From Nanobdellota archaeon (GTDB lineage Archaea; Nanobdellota; Nanobdellia; Parvarchaeales; Parvarchaeaceae): 64,000 bases of DNA. Made by a program: the position numbers and the translations under genes. This document shows positions 9,020 through 19,520 of the stretch, in pieces. The stretch covers positions 4,498 to 68,497 of the forward strand of contig JAJZBD010000005.1 of the NCBI GenBank assembly GCA_021799085.1. Direction: 5' to 3'. Within the stretch, counting starts at the first letter, position 1. The number at the start of each line of letters is the position of its first letter. The notes beneath the pieces are model-generated. The model was given only the letters and a program-made list of their open reading frames with translations, was not told the origin of the DNA and did not search any database.

Positions 9020-9580
9020 TCAATTATTCGTCTTTTGCTGGTGCATTATGTAATCGGAGCAGAGCTGCACAACACTCTCTAAGTCTATATTCGAAGAATC
9101 AATAACCAAATCAAAGGGAGTAAAATCTTTGTCTATTTCTATCCCGTATATTTTTTTGTAGATTTGTTTTGTAAGCAAGTCCTTCTGCTTCATAAACTTC
9201 AAGGCTTCGCTGAAGCTTATCTTGTCGCGGATACTTACTCTTTTTGCCCTAACATTTTCGTCCGCTTTTATGTATATTTTTATAGTATCCTTATCCTTTA
9301 TCTTCCAAGGTGCTACCCAGCTATCAAGAACTACATCCTTTTTTGTCTTAAAAAATGAAAGAATAAACGAATCAAGCCTTTTGTCATACTGCGGGTTTTT
9401 CAGCCTGAACTTCACCGCTTCTATCCCTTTTTTTGACTCCCAAACCATAAAATCTTTTTTAGGAAGCAAATTCTTCAGTTTAGAACTTGCGGAAAAATAT
9501 TCAATCCCAAAGTTAAGAGCAAGAGTGGTTGCAACGCTTGATTTACCTGAAGCTGTTAGTCCTGAAACTATCACTTTCAT
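9020..9580 (-). CDS. cmk: cytidylate kinase (archaeal type)
   Basis: 186 aa; P-loop SGLTASGKSS; C-terminal YGIEIDKDFTPFDLVIDS like archaeal Cmk; conserved cmk-cbf5 neighbourhood. Confidence 0.7.
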   Translation of the reverse strand: MKVIVSGLTASGKSSVATTLALNFGIEYFSASSKLKNLLPKKDFMVWESKKGIEAVKFRLKNPQYDKRLDSFILSFFKTKKDVVLDSWVAPWKIKDKDTIKIYIKADENVRAKRVSIRDKISFSEALKFMKQKDLLTKQIYKKIYGIEIDKDFTPFDLVIDSSNIDLESVVQLCSDYIMHQQKTNN

Positions 9581-12500
9581 GATTGATTAATGGGCGTATT
9601 ATTTATAAGTTTGCTGTAGTTTGAAAATACTGCAGGTAGGTAGCTTAAATTAGCGCAGTAGTTTTGAGCTGAGGGCGAAACAGAACATTCTCCTGTAAGC
9701 ATGTATTTGCTAAGCACAGTATAGTTTATCTGATAAACATTTACGTTTGTGAGCACCTGGTTTTCTATGCTTAACAAAGAGTTTACCGGCAGGTTATCAC
9801 TGTAAAGTAACTTGAAGCCGGGTATGCTTTCATTTAGCAAATAAAGCTTGTCAAACAATGTATCCAGCGTTTCATTCGGCATGTACAACAAAGCAGGGCC
9901 GTTACCAAACTGTGACATGTTTATTGGGAGAATCTCATAGCCACCTGGCGCTTGAGGTACACCTCCGATGTGGAGATCGACTGAATTTGTAGCATTCAAA
10001 AGCATCATCCCACCCGGTATGTCGTTATTTGCGACTTCTTTACAACCTACACTGTAAACACAGTTGTAATCCAAAGGCAACGGATTAGAGAACTGCGCAG
10101 TAAGCTCATCATATATTATACCGTATGGATTGCCCATGCTTGTGATTACTCCATTGCTGCTTGCATTAAGCGGCAGAAGTATCTCGACTAAAAGATCATT
10201 ATTTGCATTGCCCGGCAAACCAGGTATTGTTACATTTGAGTATAAAGGAGCTATCTGTCCATTTACGTTTCCAAATTCAAGTAGGTACCTGTAACTTTCG
10301 TTTCCTATGTTTTGACTGTTTACAGTTACATTGGTTTCCGTCATTGGAGTAAAAGATGTTGGCTTCAAAGCGATAGTTGATATGGCAGAGAACTTCTCTA
10401 CTTCACTGCCACTTATTACAGCATAAGTAGGCTGATGAATGAAGTGAAGATAAGTTGAATAGATGTAAGGTGAGGTTGCCTCAAAGAAGTATTTAGCTAT
10501 CATTGATTGGTAACCATAAGCATTACTTCCGTCGGCTACAGCCGTTCTATTGGCTATTGCTTCTTCCCAATAACCATAATCCCACCATGAGATTATTGAG
10601 GTATTGACAGGAGTATTCTGGCTAATCCACTGCATGGTAGGCCCCCAAAGCAGCAATCCGCTACCGCTGGATTGTGCAGTTTGATACGATAATGAAAGAC
10701 TGGAATGAAGATCTGCAGCAACGAAAGCTATTGCTATTATGATTATAACTGCTGAAACAACTGCCATGTTCCTTGGAGAATTCTTAAGGAATCTGTTCGT
10801 AAGGTCTATTGAGCCTCTGAAGAAATAAACTATTGCAAACGGTATTATTATTGCAGCCGCTAATTCAGTCGGCTCAAGAAGCCTGCTCTCAACGTTTGAA
10901 AGTATAACTGTTGCAACAAAGAAAAAGAATGGTACTATCGCAAGCAAAGAAAGCAAATTCACGTCTTCCTGCTTGTCAAATGCAAACTCCAGTAGGAATA
11001 TGACTACAAGTGCCACAGCGCCGTATTTGTAGTTGTTTGCAGATGAATTCATGTTCCATATAACAATAAGCATTATCAACGAAATAAAGGTAAGGAATAA
11101 CACAAGGCTTAGCAATCTCTTTGATTCTATCTCATTTTTATGCAGGAACATGTAACCTAAAGGTATAAAATCCAAAGCTATGAATATAAACAGGAATGAA
11201 TATGAAGTTGCATTATAGCTGAATGTTCCCCCGTTAAGCATGAGTATAAAAGGAACGCTTAAAAGGAAAGGTATATACCAATGCTTAAACCGTTTCAGTA
11301 CAATATAAAGAAGAAATACCGCACCTGCACAGAATAAAAGGAAATTTATGCCTAATGAACCTATAAGAAAATTGAAATCCTGTACTCTCTGAGTTAAATC
11401 CAGTGGTGCATATTCGGCAATTGTTTCTGTAACTGGATTTACTATACCCACCCCTAATGGATGAATGAATTCGGATGCAATTCTTGAAAATGCATGCTTT
11501 AAAGTATTCAGGCCAGTGAGAGCAACCAAAACAAAGGAAAGAATCAAACTGTAGATGGCAACTGAAAAGCCGTTGTTTATAAGCGGTATTTTAAGCTTAT
11601 GCTTGTATCTGTCATAAACTATCAGCTTAAAGAGCACTAAAACGTAAGAAAACAACATTGGGTAATAAAGAGCACTGTGTATAACATCGGAGAAAGTAAA
11701 AGTAACAAAGCTTACCTTTATAGGGACCCATATTGCAAATAGAATGTAGGCAAGCAGGTCTCCTTTTTTTGCATAACCTAGCAAAACAATTATTATATAT
11801 ATTATTGGTATCACAAGTATAAGATACTCGCTGTATCCACTTGCAGCAGTCGCTAATCCTGTAGCTATTCCTGTAGCCAAACCGTAAATCATTTTGCTCT
11901 TAGTCCTTTTTGATTTTAGTGATTTTGACAGGAAGAAAATTGCCAGCAGGATAAACATAAAACCAAGAGATGTTTTCTGCGTAAATCCAGCAGTAGAACG
12001 GCTTAAAAAAGTAAGAAAAGCTGGTAGAATAAATGCACTTATGCTTGCCACCCAGTAATCGCCAAACAGCTCCAACGCTATAAGGAAAAGAAGCAGGGCC
12101 GAAAAGATAGCAAAGAATGCCGGTAGGAACATGAAGGATGTCATTGGTACTGCGCCTTTCACTATTGGATCAACAAGCCTTGCAGAATACGCACCAAAGA
12201 ATGATACCAAGAGTTCATCTCCTCTGGAAGGAAGACCTATTGGTAGATACTCCAAATAGTTTACTGCTGGAACGTTACCAGTTTTAAGGACATTCTGCAT
12301 TTGTATGTAAAACGTGTAAGGATCCAAACCTGAAAGAGAACCTCCCATACCTAGATAATTATTCCCTATCAGCGGAGAGTTTGACTGCAAGGGATTTAGC
12401 AAAGCCGGGATACTTGCAGTGTGTATATACCAGCCTACTGTTACGGCAAGTATAAGAAGCAAGTAAAATAAGACTTTTTTCTTTATTAGAATATTGTAAG

Positions 12501-12759
12501 CGGCATTGCCGAAACTTTTAAGACCAGATAAATTCAATTCTATCTCTACTTCACTCACTTTTTTCTTGGAAACTTCTTCTTTTACCTGCTCTAGTTTTTC
12601 TGATTCCTTTTTCAGCAGGTTTATCTTCTCTTCCTCTTTCTTTAACTCTGCTTCCTCTCTTTTAACCTGAACTTCCTCCTTTTTTATTTCCTGCTCTATC
12701 TTTCTTTCCTCTTTGGAAGCATCCTGCTCGATTCTCTTAAGTTCGTCATTTTCGGCCAT
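9577..12759 (-). CDS. aglB: oligosaccharyltransferase AglB (STT3 family)
   Basis: 1060 aa, 13 TM N-terminal domain, WWDYGYW motif, long N/S-rich C-terminal domain. Unusual E/K-rich ~75-aa N-terminal extension. Confidence 0.8.
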   Translation of the reverse strand: MAENDELKRIEQDASKEERKIEQEIKKEEVQVKREEAELKKEEEKINLLKKESEKLEQVKEEVSKKKVSEVEIELNLSGLKSFGNAAYNILIKKKVLFYLLLILAVTVGWYIHTASIPALLNPLQSNSPLIGNNYLGMGGSLSGLDPYTFYIQMQNVLKTGNVPAVNYLEYLPIGLPSRGDELLVSFFGAYSARLVDPIVKGAVPMTSFMFLPAFFAIFSALLLFLIALELFGDYWVASISAFILPAFLTFLSRSTAGFTQKTSLGFMFILLAIFFLSKSLKSKRTKSKMIYGLATGIATGLATAASGYSEYLILVIPIIYIIIVLLGYAKKGDLLAYILFAIWVPIKVSFVTFTFSDVIHSALYYPMLFSYVLVLFKLIVYDRYKHKLKIPLINNGFSVAIYSLILSFVLVALTGLNTLKHAFSRIASEFIHPLGVGIVNPVTETIAEYAPLDLTQRVQDFNFLIGSLGINFLLFCAGAVFLLYIVLKRFKHWYIPFLLSVPFILMLNGGTFSYNATSYSFLFIFIALDFIPLGYMFLHKNEIESKRLLSLVLFLTFISLIMLIVIWNMNSSANNYKYGAVALVVIFLLEFAFDKQEDVNLLSLLAIVPFFFFVATVILSNVESRLLEPTELAAAIIIPFAIVYFFRGSIDLTNRFLKNSPRNMAVVSAVIIIIAIAFVAADLHSSLSLSYQTAQSSGSGLLLWGPTMQWISQNTPVNTSIISWWDYGYWEEAIANRTAVADGSNAYGYQSMIAKYFFEATSPYIYSTYLHFIHQPTYAVISGSEVEKFSAISTIALKPTSFTPMTETNVTVNSQNIGNESYRYLLEFGNVNGQIAPLYSNVTIPGLPGNANNDLLVEILLPLNASSNGVITSMGNPYGIIYDELTAQFSNPLPLDYNCVYSVGCKEVANNDIPGGMMLLNATNSVDLHIGGVPQAPGGYEILPINMSQFGNGPALLYMPNETLDTLFDKLYLLNESIPGFKLLYSDNLPVNSLLSIENQVLTNVNVYQINYTVLSKYMLTGECSVSPSAQNYCANLSYLPAVFSNYSKLINNTPINQS

Positions 12760-12806
12760 AATTCAAATATATAGAGAAATTACTACTGATTATTAAACCT
12801 TTCGAA

Positions 12807-13586
12807 TCAAAAATCCTGCGATTCTATGTCCCAGGAATCATGCTTCCAAAGCAGAAATTCCGGTTTATTCAAGAAAATAAAATGTTCGGGGTGGGCTATA
12901 TACTCATCATATATGCTCTTTGAATAATCAAGAAAAGGCAGTTTCTCTGCTTCGCTGTGCTTAAGCGTAGTTTCCTTGTAATTTTTGTTTAAAACTATAT
13001 TCCCGTTCCTTAAAAGGAAGAGGGCCCCTCCGCCCATTGCCTGCACTGACTTATAATCGGAATCAAAAGTTGAATTAACAAGATTTGCCTCTATTAAAAG
13101 GCCTTTCCCGACATTGATTGAAAAATGGCCATAATTGGGAAGCATTATGACTTTATCCCCTGCTTTTGCATGCACAAGCTCTAAATCAAAGCTTCCATTG
13201 TCGTTCTTTTTTTGAAGCAAGTACACAGCTTCTCCACTTATTACCTCATACAGCTCTGGGTAAGCTAGTCCCTTTTCAACTAATGGATGATAGTGCCCAA
13301 GAGTCTTTGTAAACTCCCCACCTAAATCATAATTTTCAATGACAGTAACGTCATACCTTATTTTATGTGCAGAGAAAACAGTGGCGTTCTTTGAAACTCC
13401 CGCTGCCCTATACATTCTGTATATTACATCATTCCTGTTTTTGCTGTTTATGAATTCCTTGTTGAACAATACTTCCTTCATCTCGCTTACCTTACGCACG
13501 GAAAAAGGCACTTCATTACCGTCGGCAAACAGCTTTCTTTCTTTTTCGTCAAATTCTAAATCAACTGCTTTAACGTTAAGTTTCAT
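12807..13586 (-). CDS. cupin-type glucose-6-phosphate isomerase (cPGI)-like protein
   Basis: TLGHYHP...E and PNYGHFSINVG match the two cupin metal motifs of archaeal cPGI (TKGHFH...E, PPYWAHRTVNIG). Confidence 0.45.
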   Translation of the reverse strand: MKLNVKAVDLEFDEKERKLFADGNEVPFSVRKVSEMKEVLFNKEFINSKNRNDVIYRMYRAAGVSKNATVFSAHKIRYDVTVIENYDLGGEFTKTLGHYHPLVEKGLAYPELYEVISGEAVYLLQKKNDNGSFDLELVHAKAGDKVIMLPNYGHFSINVGKGLLIEANLVNSTFDSDYKSVQAMGGGALFLLRNGNIVLNKNYKETTLKHSEAEKLPFLDYSKSIYDEYIAHPEHFIFLNKPEFLLWKHDSWDIESQDF

Positions 13587-13610
13587 ATTATTACATATGC
13601 TTTATCAAGT

Positions 13611-15155
13611 TTAATACTTTTTATATAACATCCTAACAAACTTGTCAGCTTTAAACAGCTTGATTATAAATCTCAGTTCTTTATTGCTAACGGCCCTTGT
13701 AACATATAGCATTAAAACATAGAAAACTAGCGCAGCAATCAGAAGCAGTGGCAGGTATGCCAACCTTGTAACAAACTTTAGAAGAAAGTACAGGAAAAGG
13801 CCCATTAATAAAACAGATAATGTAGCTTTGAGCAGTTCTTTATAAGGCAATTTTATCTGGATGTACCTTGAAACCAAAATAAGATTTACTGCCAGGGTAG
13901 ACAGTGTAACCGCAAGATACGCAATTGCTGCACCTACAGAATACAGAAGCGGGACTAAGATGATAGTAAGGGTTATTCCGACCACTGCCCCTGTTATTAC
14001 TGAGTACATTGCATATTTTTGTTTCCCTGTTGCGCTTAAAACCTGTGTAATCGGTCCGAATATACTAGATATAAGAACAGGTATAAGAAGAATTATAAAA
14101 GGGGTTTCAGCGCCGAGAAAGCTAGATTTATAAAGATATGAAATAAGCCTCGGTGCCGATATCATAGAAGCTATAACAAGCGGAAAGGTAAGCAGAAAGG
14201 AATATTTTATAAGGCTATGCTGAAGTCTGTAAAATCCCTCAAACTGTTTTCTTTCAAAAAACTTTGTTATCGATGCAAAGAATGCAGACCCTACCGCGGC
14301 AGCGGGCAGCCCAAGCATACCTGCCATTATGAGCCCTACTCTGTAAAAACTCACTGATGAAATATCTGGAGAAACCGCCCCTAGGAACAAAGCTATCACG
14401 GGCCCATAAGACAGCGAGATCATTGCCATGACATACGAAAAATTCCTATAACTGTAGAAATGTGCCAAATCCTCCTTTTCCGGCTTGGCTGATTTGGGGA
14501 ACCCCCTCATTGAGCGATACAAAAGGAAAAGGCCAACTGTTGCAGTTACAAGGTAAACTACGTCATAAAATTTAATTGCGCCTATTAAACCAAACCCTAA
14601 GTAAATTACTACTAGTTGCATTATACGCAGAAAATCGTACAAAACACCAGTAATAAAGCTATTGTTCATCTTCTGGAATCCTACAAATGAAGGCTCTGTG
14701 AAATTCCCCGAAATAGAATAGAAAACAAGCCCGAAAGCCAATATCTTTATAAGATAGCCCACTTCTGCTGAATGATATATTGATGCAATTACTCCAGAAA
14801 GAGAGAATAAGACTATCGAAGCAATAAGAGATGAGACTATTACTATAACAAAATAATGCTTAACTGCCCACATCAGCCTAGAAGCAGAGTTTTGCGCACG
14901 GTATTTTGATATAGCGTACTGCACTGCCGAATTTATTCCCAAACCGGCAATAGTCGAGGCAAACCCCCAGTAGAGAACGACTACTGTATAATAACCATAG
15001 TTGGTGGGCCCAAGAAACCTCACAAGAAGAACACTGACCAGGAAAGAAACAAAGAATTTTGAGCCTGAGCGAAGAAACCCATATACACTATTTGAAGCGA
15101 CCAATCCCTGTTCTTCTTCTATGTTTATTTCATCACTGTTGACAGGTTGTTCCAT
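13611..15155 (-). CDS. polysaccharide/oligosaccharide flippase (MOP/Wzx-like)
   Basis: 514 aa, ~14 TM helices; adjacent to aglB. Confidence 0.6.
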   Translation of the reverse strand: MEQPVNSDEINIEEEQGLVASNSVYGFLRSGSKFFVSFLVSVLLVRFLGPTNYGYYTVVVLYWGFASTIAGLGINSAVQYAISKYRAQNSASRLMWAVKHYFVIVIVSSLIASIVLFSLSGVIASIYHSAEVGYLIKILAFGLVFYSISGNFTEPSFVGFQKMNNSFITGVLYDFLRIMQLVVIYLGFGLIGAIKFYDVVYLVTATVGLFLLYRSMRGFPKSAKPEKEDLAHFYSYRNFSYVMAMISLSYGPVIALFLGAVSPDISSVSFYRVGLIMAGMLGLPAAAVGSAFFASITKFFERKQFEGFYRLQHSLIKYSFLLTFPLVIASMISAPRLISYLYKSSFLGAETPFIILLIPVLISSIFGPITQVLSATGKQKYAMYSVITGAVVGITLTIILVPLLYSVGAAIAYLAVTLSTLAVNLILVSRYIQIKLPYKELLKATLSVLLMGLFLYFLLKFVTRLAYLPLLLIAALVFYVLMLYVTRAVSNKELRFIIKLFKADKFVRMLYKKY

Positions 15156-15241
15156 TGATATACTAAGGTTTACTAGCTTGTATTATAATGCACTCAATTT
15201 ATGTATTTAAATAAATAATAATTAAGCAATAGTAATTAAAT

Positions 15242-15595
15242 ATGGTTTTGCTCACACAAGAAACTGGATTATATGTAATAATAGCCTTAGCCATGGTTAT
15301 AGGATATTTTATAGGGGTATCAACGCAGGAAGAAATAGAAAACCTAGCAAAAAAACTTGTGGCAGAAAAAATCTTTTCTTATCCTTCAATAATTATAGAA
15401 ATTGCGGCGATCTCTTTGGTATTATACTTATACAGTGGTTACTATTTCGCAGTTTCTGCGATAATAATGCTTTTTAACCTTTGCTTTTCAGCGCTTTACA
15501 ACGCAGAGAAATCCGATTTACAAAGAACGATAAGTTATGTAATTACATTTTTAGTTCCCTCTTTAATAATTGGAACTATAATAATTATATTATGA
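15242..15595 (+). CDS. small hypothetical membrane protein
   Basis: 117 aa, 3 hydrophobic helices; ends at the start of the downstream GTPase gene. Confidence 0.3.
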   Translation: MVLLTQETGLYVIIALAMVIGYFIGVSTQEEIENLAKKLVAEKIFSYPSIIIEIAAISLVLYLYSGYYFAVSAIIMLFNLCFSALYNAEKSDLQRTISYVITFLVPSLIIGTIIIIL

Positions 15596-16731
15596 AAATA
15601 GGGATAATAGGAAGAACTAATGTAGGAAAAAGCACACTTTTCAAGGCGCTTACACTTGAAGAAGTGGAGATAGAAGATCGGCCGTTTACAACTATAGAAC
15701 CTAACAAAGGGGTTGGATATGTTACTGTTGAATGCCCTGAAAAATACTTCAATGTAAAATGCAATCCACACAATGCCCCATGTGTTGATGGCATAAGATT
15801 TGTACCGATTAATATAATAGACGTTGCCGGATTAGTAGAAGGCGCAAGCGAGGGAAAAGGCCTTGGCAATAAATTCCTAAGCGACATAATGGAAGCCGAT
15901 GCAATAATAGAAGTAATAGACATATCTGGTAACACTGACAGTAGCGGCAATAAAGCGAAGGATTTTGACCCTGCTATAGACATAGAGATGGTTGATAATG
16001 AAATAAGGAAATGGATAGCTTCAATAATCTCTAGATCCCGGTACATAGGAAAGGAGGATATTGCAGATATAATATTCAAAAATGTATCTGGAATAAACAT
16101 AAAGTACTCAACTGTAAAAGAAGTAGTAAAGGAGCTTAACATAAAAGAAATAAACGAGGATACCGCATTAAAGATGGCTTCTTTACTGATGAAGAAGGAC
16201 AAACCAATGCTTATTTTATGCAACAAGATGGATTCTGTTGAAGACTTGGATGAACGAATCAAAAAACTGAAGGAAAGATTTGACTATGATTTTATGGCCT
16301 GTTCCGCAGCTGCCGAGCTTACAATAAGAGAGGCAGAGAAAAACGGATTCATACGCTTTAAAGACGGCAGGCTTGAAAGATTAAAGGAATTGAGCAACGA
16401 CCAGGAAAAAGCCATAAACATAATAGAGAAAATAATAAAAAAATACGGCGGAACGGGGGTAAGAGAAGCTTTAAACCACCTTGTATTCGAATTAAAGGGT
16501 TATAAGGTAGTCTTCCCTGTAGAGGATGAAAAGAAGCTTACCGATGGGTTCGGAAGAATCCTACCGGATGCATATCTTGTGGAGAAAAACGCAACTCCTA
16601 AGGATGTAGCAGCAATGATACACAGTGACATAGCTAAAAACTACAAGGGCGCTATCGACTGCAAAACAGGGTTAAAGGTAAAGAACGACTCTCCTGTCAA
16701 AAACGGGCAGGTCCTAAAGATACTGGTATGA
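15592..16731 (+). CDS. Obg-like ATPase / YchF-family GTP-binding protein with C-terminal TGS domain
   Basis: Start moved to MKIGIIGRTNVGKST (G1 P-loop). DRPFTTIEPNKG (G2), DVAGLV (G3), NKMD (G4); C-terminal TGS-like ...NGQVLKILV. Confidence 0.65.
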   Translation: MKIGIIGRTNVGKSTLFKALTLEEVEIEDRPFTTIEPNKGVGYVTVECPEKYFNVKCNPHNAPCVDGIRFVPINIIDVAGLVEGASEGKGLGNKFLSDIMEADAIIEVIDISGNTDSSGNKAKDFDPAIDIEMVDNEIRKWIASIISRSRYIGKEDIADIIFKNVSGINIKYSTVKEVVKELNIKEINEDTALKMASLLMKKDKPMLILCNKMDSVEDLDERIKKLKERFDYDFMACSAAAELTIREAEKNGFIRFKDGRLERLKELSNDQEKAINIIEKIIKKYGGTGVREALNHLVFELKGYKVVFPVEDEKKLTDGFGRILPDAYLVEKNATPKDVAAMIHSDIAKNYKGAIDCKTGLKVKNDSPVKNGQVLKILV

Positions 16732-17522
16732 ACAATACAAAGGTATTCCTCAAAGACGAAAAAACGTTTGAGAAGATAATAGAAGCTTCAGAACTTAAAA
16801 AAGACGATATAGTAATAGAGATAGGAAGCGGCGATGGAAGGCTGACAAAACGCATTGCCCCTTACGTAAAAAAAGTTTATGCTATAGAAATAGACACGAA
16901 TCTTTTTGATTCTGCAAGAACAATGCTCGAAGAAATAAAAAACATAGAATTCATAAACGGAGATGCATTGAAAGTGGAATTTCCAAGTGATGCAAATAAG
17001 ATAATATCAAATTTACCGTATGCTATTTCTTCTCCAATAACGGAAAAGATTATATATTTTATGAATGGCAGAAAAGATTCTCTGGCTGTATTGATGTATC
17101 AATTGGAATTCGGCGAAAGGATGCTTGCATTTCCTGGGATAAGGGACTATTCAATGATATCTGTTTTCACACAGTACGCGTGCAACATAGAGCTTGTTTC
17201 TAGGGTCAGCAAGAATGCATTCAGGCCAAGGCCTGCTGTTGAATCCATAATCCTGAGGATAAAACCGAAAAATATCAAAATAGATGAAGATTTCCTTGCT
17301 TTTGCAAGGCTTCTTTTCCAGCACAAGAAGAAAAACCTGTATTCCGCTATAATGGACAGCAGAGGAAAACTAAATGCAAAATCAAAAGAAGAATTAAGAA
17401 ACAAACTTCAGGGATTCAAAGAAAAGGATAAGCTAAAGCAGAAAGTATTCTATCTTGAGATAAAAGAATTAGAAGATATATATGATGAAATGCTAAGGAT
17501 AGGGATATGCAAAAAGAAGTAA
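16728..17522 (+). CDS. ksgA: 16S rRNA (adenine1518/1519-N6)-dimethyltransferase KsgA/Dim1
   Basis: VIEIGSGDGRLT SAM motif; NLPYAISSPI catalytic motif. Confidence 0.8.
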   Translation: MNNTKVFLKDEKTFEKIIEASELKKDDIVIEIGSGDGRLTKRIAPYVKKVYAIEIDTNLFDSARTMLEEIKNIEFINGDALKVEFPSDANKIISNLPYAISSPITEKIIYFMNGRKDSLAVLMYQLEFGERMLAFPGIRDYSMISVFTQYACNIELVSRVSKNAFRPRPAVESIILRIKPKNIKIDEDFLAFARLLFQHKKKNLYSAIMDSRGKLNAKSKEELRNKLQGFKEKDKLKQKVFYLEIKELEDIYDEMLRIGICKKK

Positions 17523-18331
17523 AGGTTATCAAAAGGGGGAATCCCTCGGTCAGGATATACCGGAAGAAAAAGGCCTGGGAGTTCATACCATTTAAATCAA
17601 ACTTAGGTTATAATCAAAACAAACAAAAAAGATTCAAAAATTTTGCGTCAAGGTTTTCCTTGAGAGAAATAGAGGACATACTCATAGCCTGGTTGGCATT
17701 GAGCTTTGCATTTGCAGTTGTTCTCTATCCACTGGAGAATAGCGGCTTTTTGCTATACTTTTTGGCTTCCTTTATAGTTCTGGGAGCCGCATTTATAATG
17801 CATGAACTAATGCATAAGTTTGTCGCTCAAAGCTACGGCTATGAAGCACAGTTCAGGATGTTCCCATTCTTTTTGATACTTGCTGTAGTTATGGCCCTGC
17901 TTATCGGATTTGTATTTGCATTGCCTGGTGCAACAATATTTGAACCTGATCCGAGAGAGCCATACACAGACCCAAAGGGATTTACTGAAAGATATGGAAA
18001 GATATCGCTTGCCGGGCCATTGATTGACATAGCATTTGGATTTATATTCCTAGCCTTGTTTTTGCTTATCTACGTATTTGTAGGATCCAATGTTACCAAC
18101 TTATTGACAGCCTTCGGCTACATAGTAACGGGATTAGGAACGTTCATAAGCTTTTACCTTGGTGCATTTAACATGCTACCCTTGGGATCCGCATCATTTA
18201 TAGGATTGGATGGATATAAGGTGTGGAGGTGGAACAAGGTTTACTGGGCCATTTTCTTCGTAATACCAGTTGCAATGACTGCTTTAATCTACATCGGTTA
18301 CATACCTGTTCTTGGAGTAATCGGCCTGTAA
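17507..18331 (+). CDS. membrane zinc metalloprotease-like protein (HExxH in TM helix; M50/S2P-like, no PDZ)
   Basis: 274 aa, multiple TM helices, HELMH motif. Confidence 0.4.
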   Translation: MQKEVKVIKRGNPSVRIYRKKKAWEFIPFKSNLGYNQNKQKRFKNFASRFSLREIEDILIAWLALSFAFAVVLYPLENSGFLLYFLASFIVLGAAFIMHELMHKFVAQSYGYEAQFRMFPFFLILAVVMALLIGFVFALPGATIFEPDPREPYTDPKGFTERYGKISLAGPLIDIAFGFIFLALFLLIYVFVGSNVTNLLTAFGYIVTGLGTFISFYLGAFNMLPLGSASFIGLDGYKVWRWNKVYWAIFFVIPVAMTALIYIGYIPVLGVIGL

Positions 18332-18373
18332 CCACTATGGCAGTTATTTAAATAAGCAGGTTTAATAATAAAT

Positions 18374-19048
18374 ATGGCTGAAAAAAACAAAATAATAACC
18401 GCTTTTCAAACCGCAGGTTACATATCAATATTAGCAGCGAGGTTCCTTGAAGAAAAGGGGATTGTGAAAGATGTTAGTGGAATAGATATTGATGAACTTG
18501 CGCAATTTGCTGTAGTCAAAGACGGAAACCTTCTCTCCCCAATAAGGATACTGGAAGGAAAAGACTTTACAATGATAACATCACAAATACCTCTACCACT
18601 AAAAGCAATAAACGAGCTAGCAGACAAAATAATGCAGATTTACAAAGAAAGAAAAGCTGACCAGATAATAGCATTGGACGGACTTGCGATTGATGAAGCA
18701 AAAGACAAGAGCGATGTTTATTTTGCAAGCACTTACAATGAAAAAGAGATAAAAAATTGCAAAAGATTACCTGAAGGAGCAATGATGGGCTTTAATTCCT
18801 ACTTCGCCCACAAGGCAAGAAAGAGTAAGATACCCTTTATAGTTTTAATGGCGGAAACACATGCAGAGATACCCGATGGCATAGCAGCCGCAGCTCTCAT
18901 TTCCGTATTGGAAGGTGTTCTTGGCATACAGGTAGACACTTCTGAACTTATATCAGAATACAAGAAAACGCTTGGACAGATAAACAACCTATTGAAAAGA
19001 GTAAGTCAAGCGCCAAAAAGTCAGGAAGAACAGAATATGTACGTTTAA
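18374..19048 (+). CDS. PAC2-family proteasome assembly chaperone-like protein (PbaA/PbaB-like)
   Basis: 224 aa; N-terminal ITAFQTAGYISILAARFL resembles the PAC2 fold start; C-terminus ...NMYV ends in a hydrophobic-Tyr-X (HbYX-like) tripeptide. Confidence 0.4.
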   Translation: MAEKNKIITAFQTAGYISILAARFLEEKGIVKDVSGIDIDELAQFAVVKDGNLLSPIRILEGKDFTMITSQIPLPLKAINELADKIMQIYKERKADQIIALDGLAIDEAKDKSDVYFASTYNEKEIKNCKRLPEGAMMGFNSYFAHKARKSKIPFIVLMAETHAEIPDGIAAAALISVLEGVLGIQVDTSELISEYKKTLGQINNLLKRVSQAPKSQEEQNMYV

Positions 19049-19449
19049 TTCTGGTTGTATTCTTTTGCTTTTTCTTCCAAAAACCTTGAAACGTTGTTGT
19101 CCATAAAAGAGGTTGAATAAGCAGTTATATCGGTCATAGGTACCCATTTGTAGCTTTGGAAAAAGGACAGAACTTCCGGTTCTCCGTTTACATGCTCCAT
19201 TACATAAAGAAAATACAGCAACTTTGGATTTTCACTTGGGTAATACTTGAATACTTTCCCTGTAAGATTAACTTTTATATTGAATTTTTCCATCAGTGAA
19301 ATAATCTCTCTTCTGGGGCTTTTTTCTTCATCCAAATCAAGAAATGGAAAGACCCATGTCGCCCTTGGCATGTATTTATCTTGTTCCTTGAGCTTTACCA
19401 TCAATACTTTGTTTCCCCTTATAACCAATGCGGATACTCTTTTTGCCAT
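19045..19449 (-). CDS. NUDIX-family hydrolase (degenerate Nudix box)
   Basis: 134 aa; ...EEKSPRREIISLMEKFNI partial GX5EX7REUXEEXGU. Confidence 0.4.
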   Translation of the reverse strand: MAKRVSALVIRGNKVLMVKLKEQDKYMPRATWVFPFLDLDEEKSPRREIISLMEKFNIKVNLTGKVFKYYPSENPKLLYFLYVMEHVNGEPEVLSFFQSYKWVPMTDITAYSTSFMDNNVSRFLEEKAKEYNQN

Positions 19450-19520
19450 ATGATTATTAACATTTTTTACATTTTAAACGCTTTTTTATATGAGGTTAGA
19501 TATAATATTATTAAAAAGAT

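Noticed and set aside
15585-16262. 225-aa minus-strand ORF antisense to the YchF-like GTPase gene
   Set aside because: S/I-rich low-complexity translation typical of antisense frames in AT-rich coding DNA. The sense frame has clear G1-G4 motifs.
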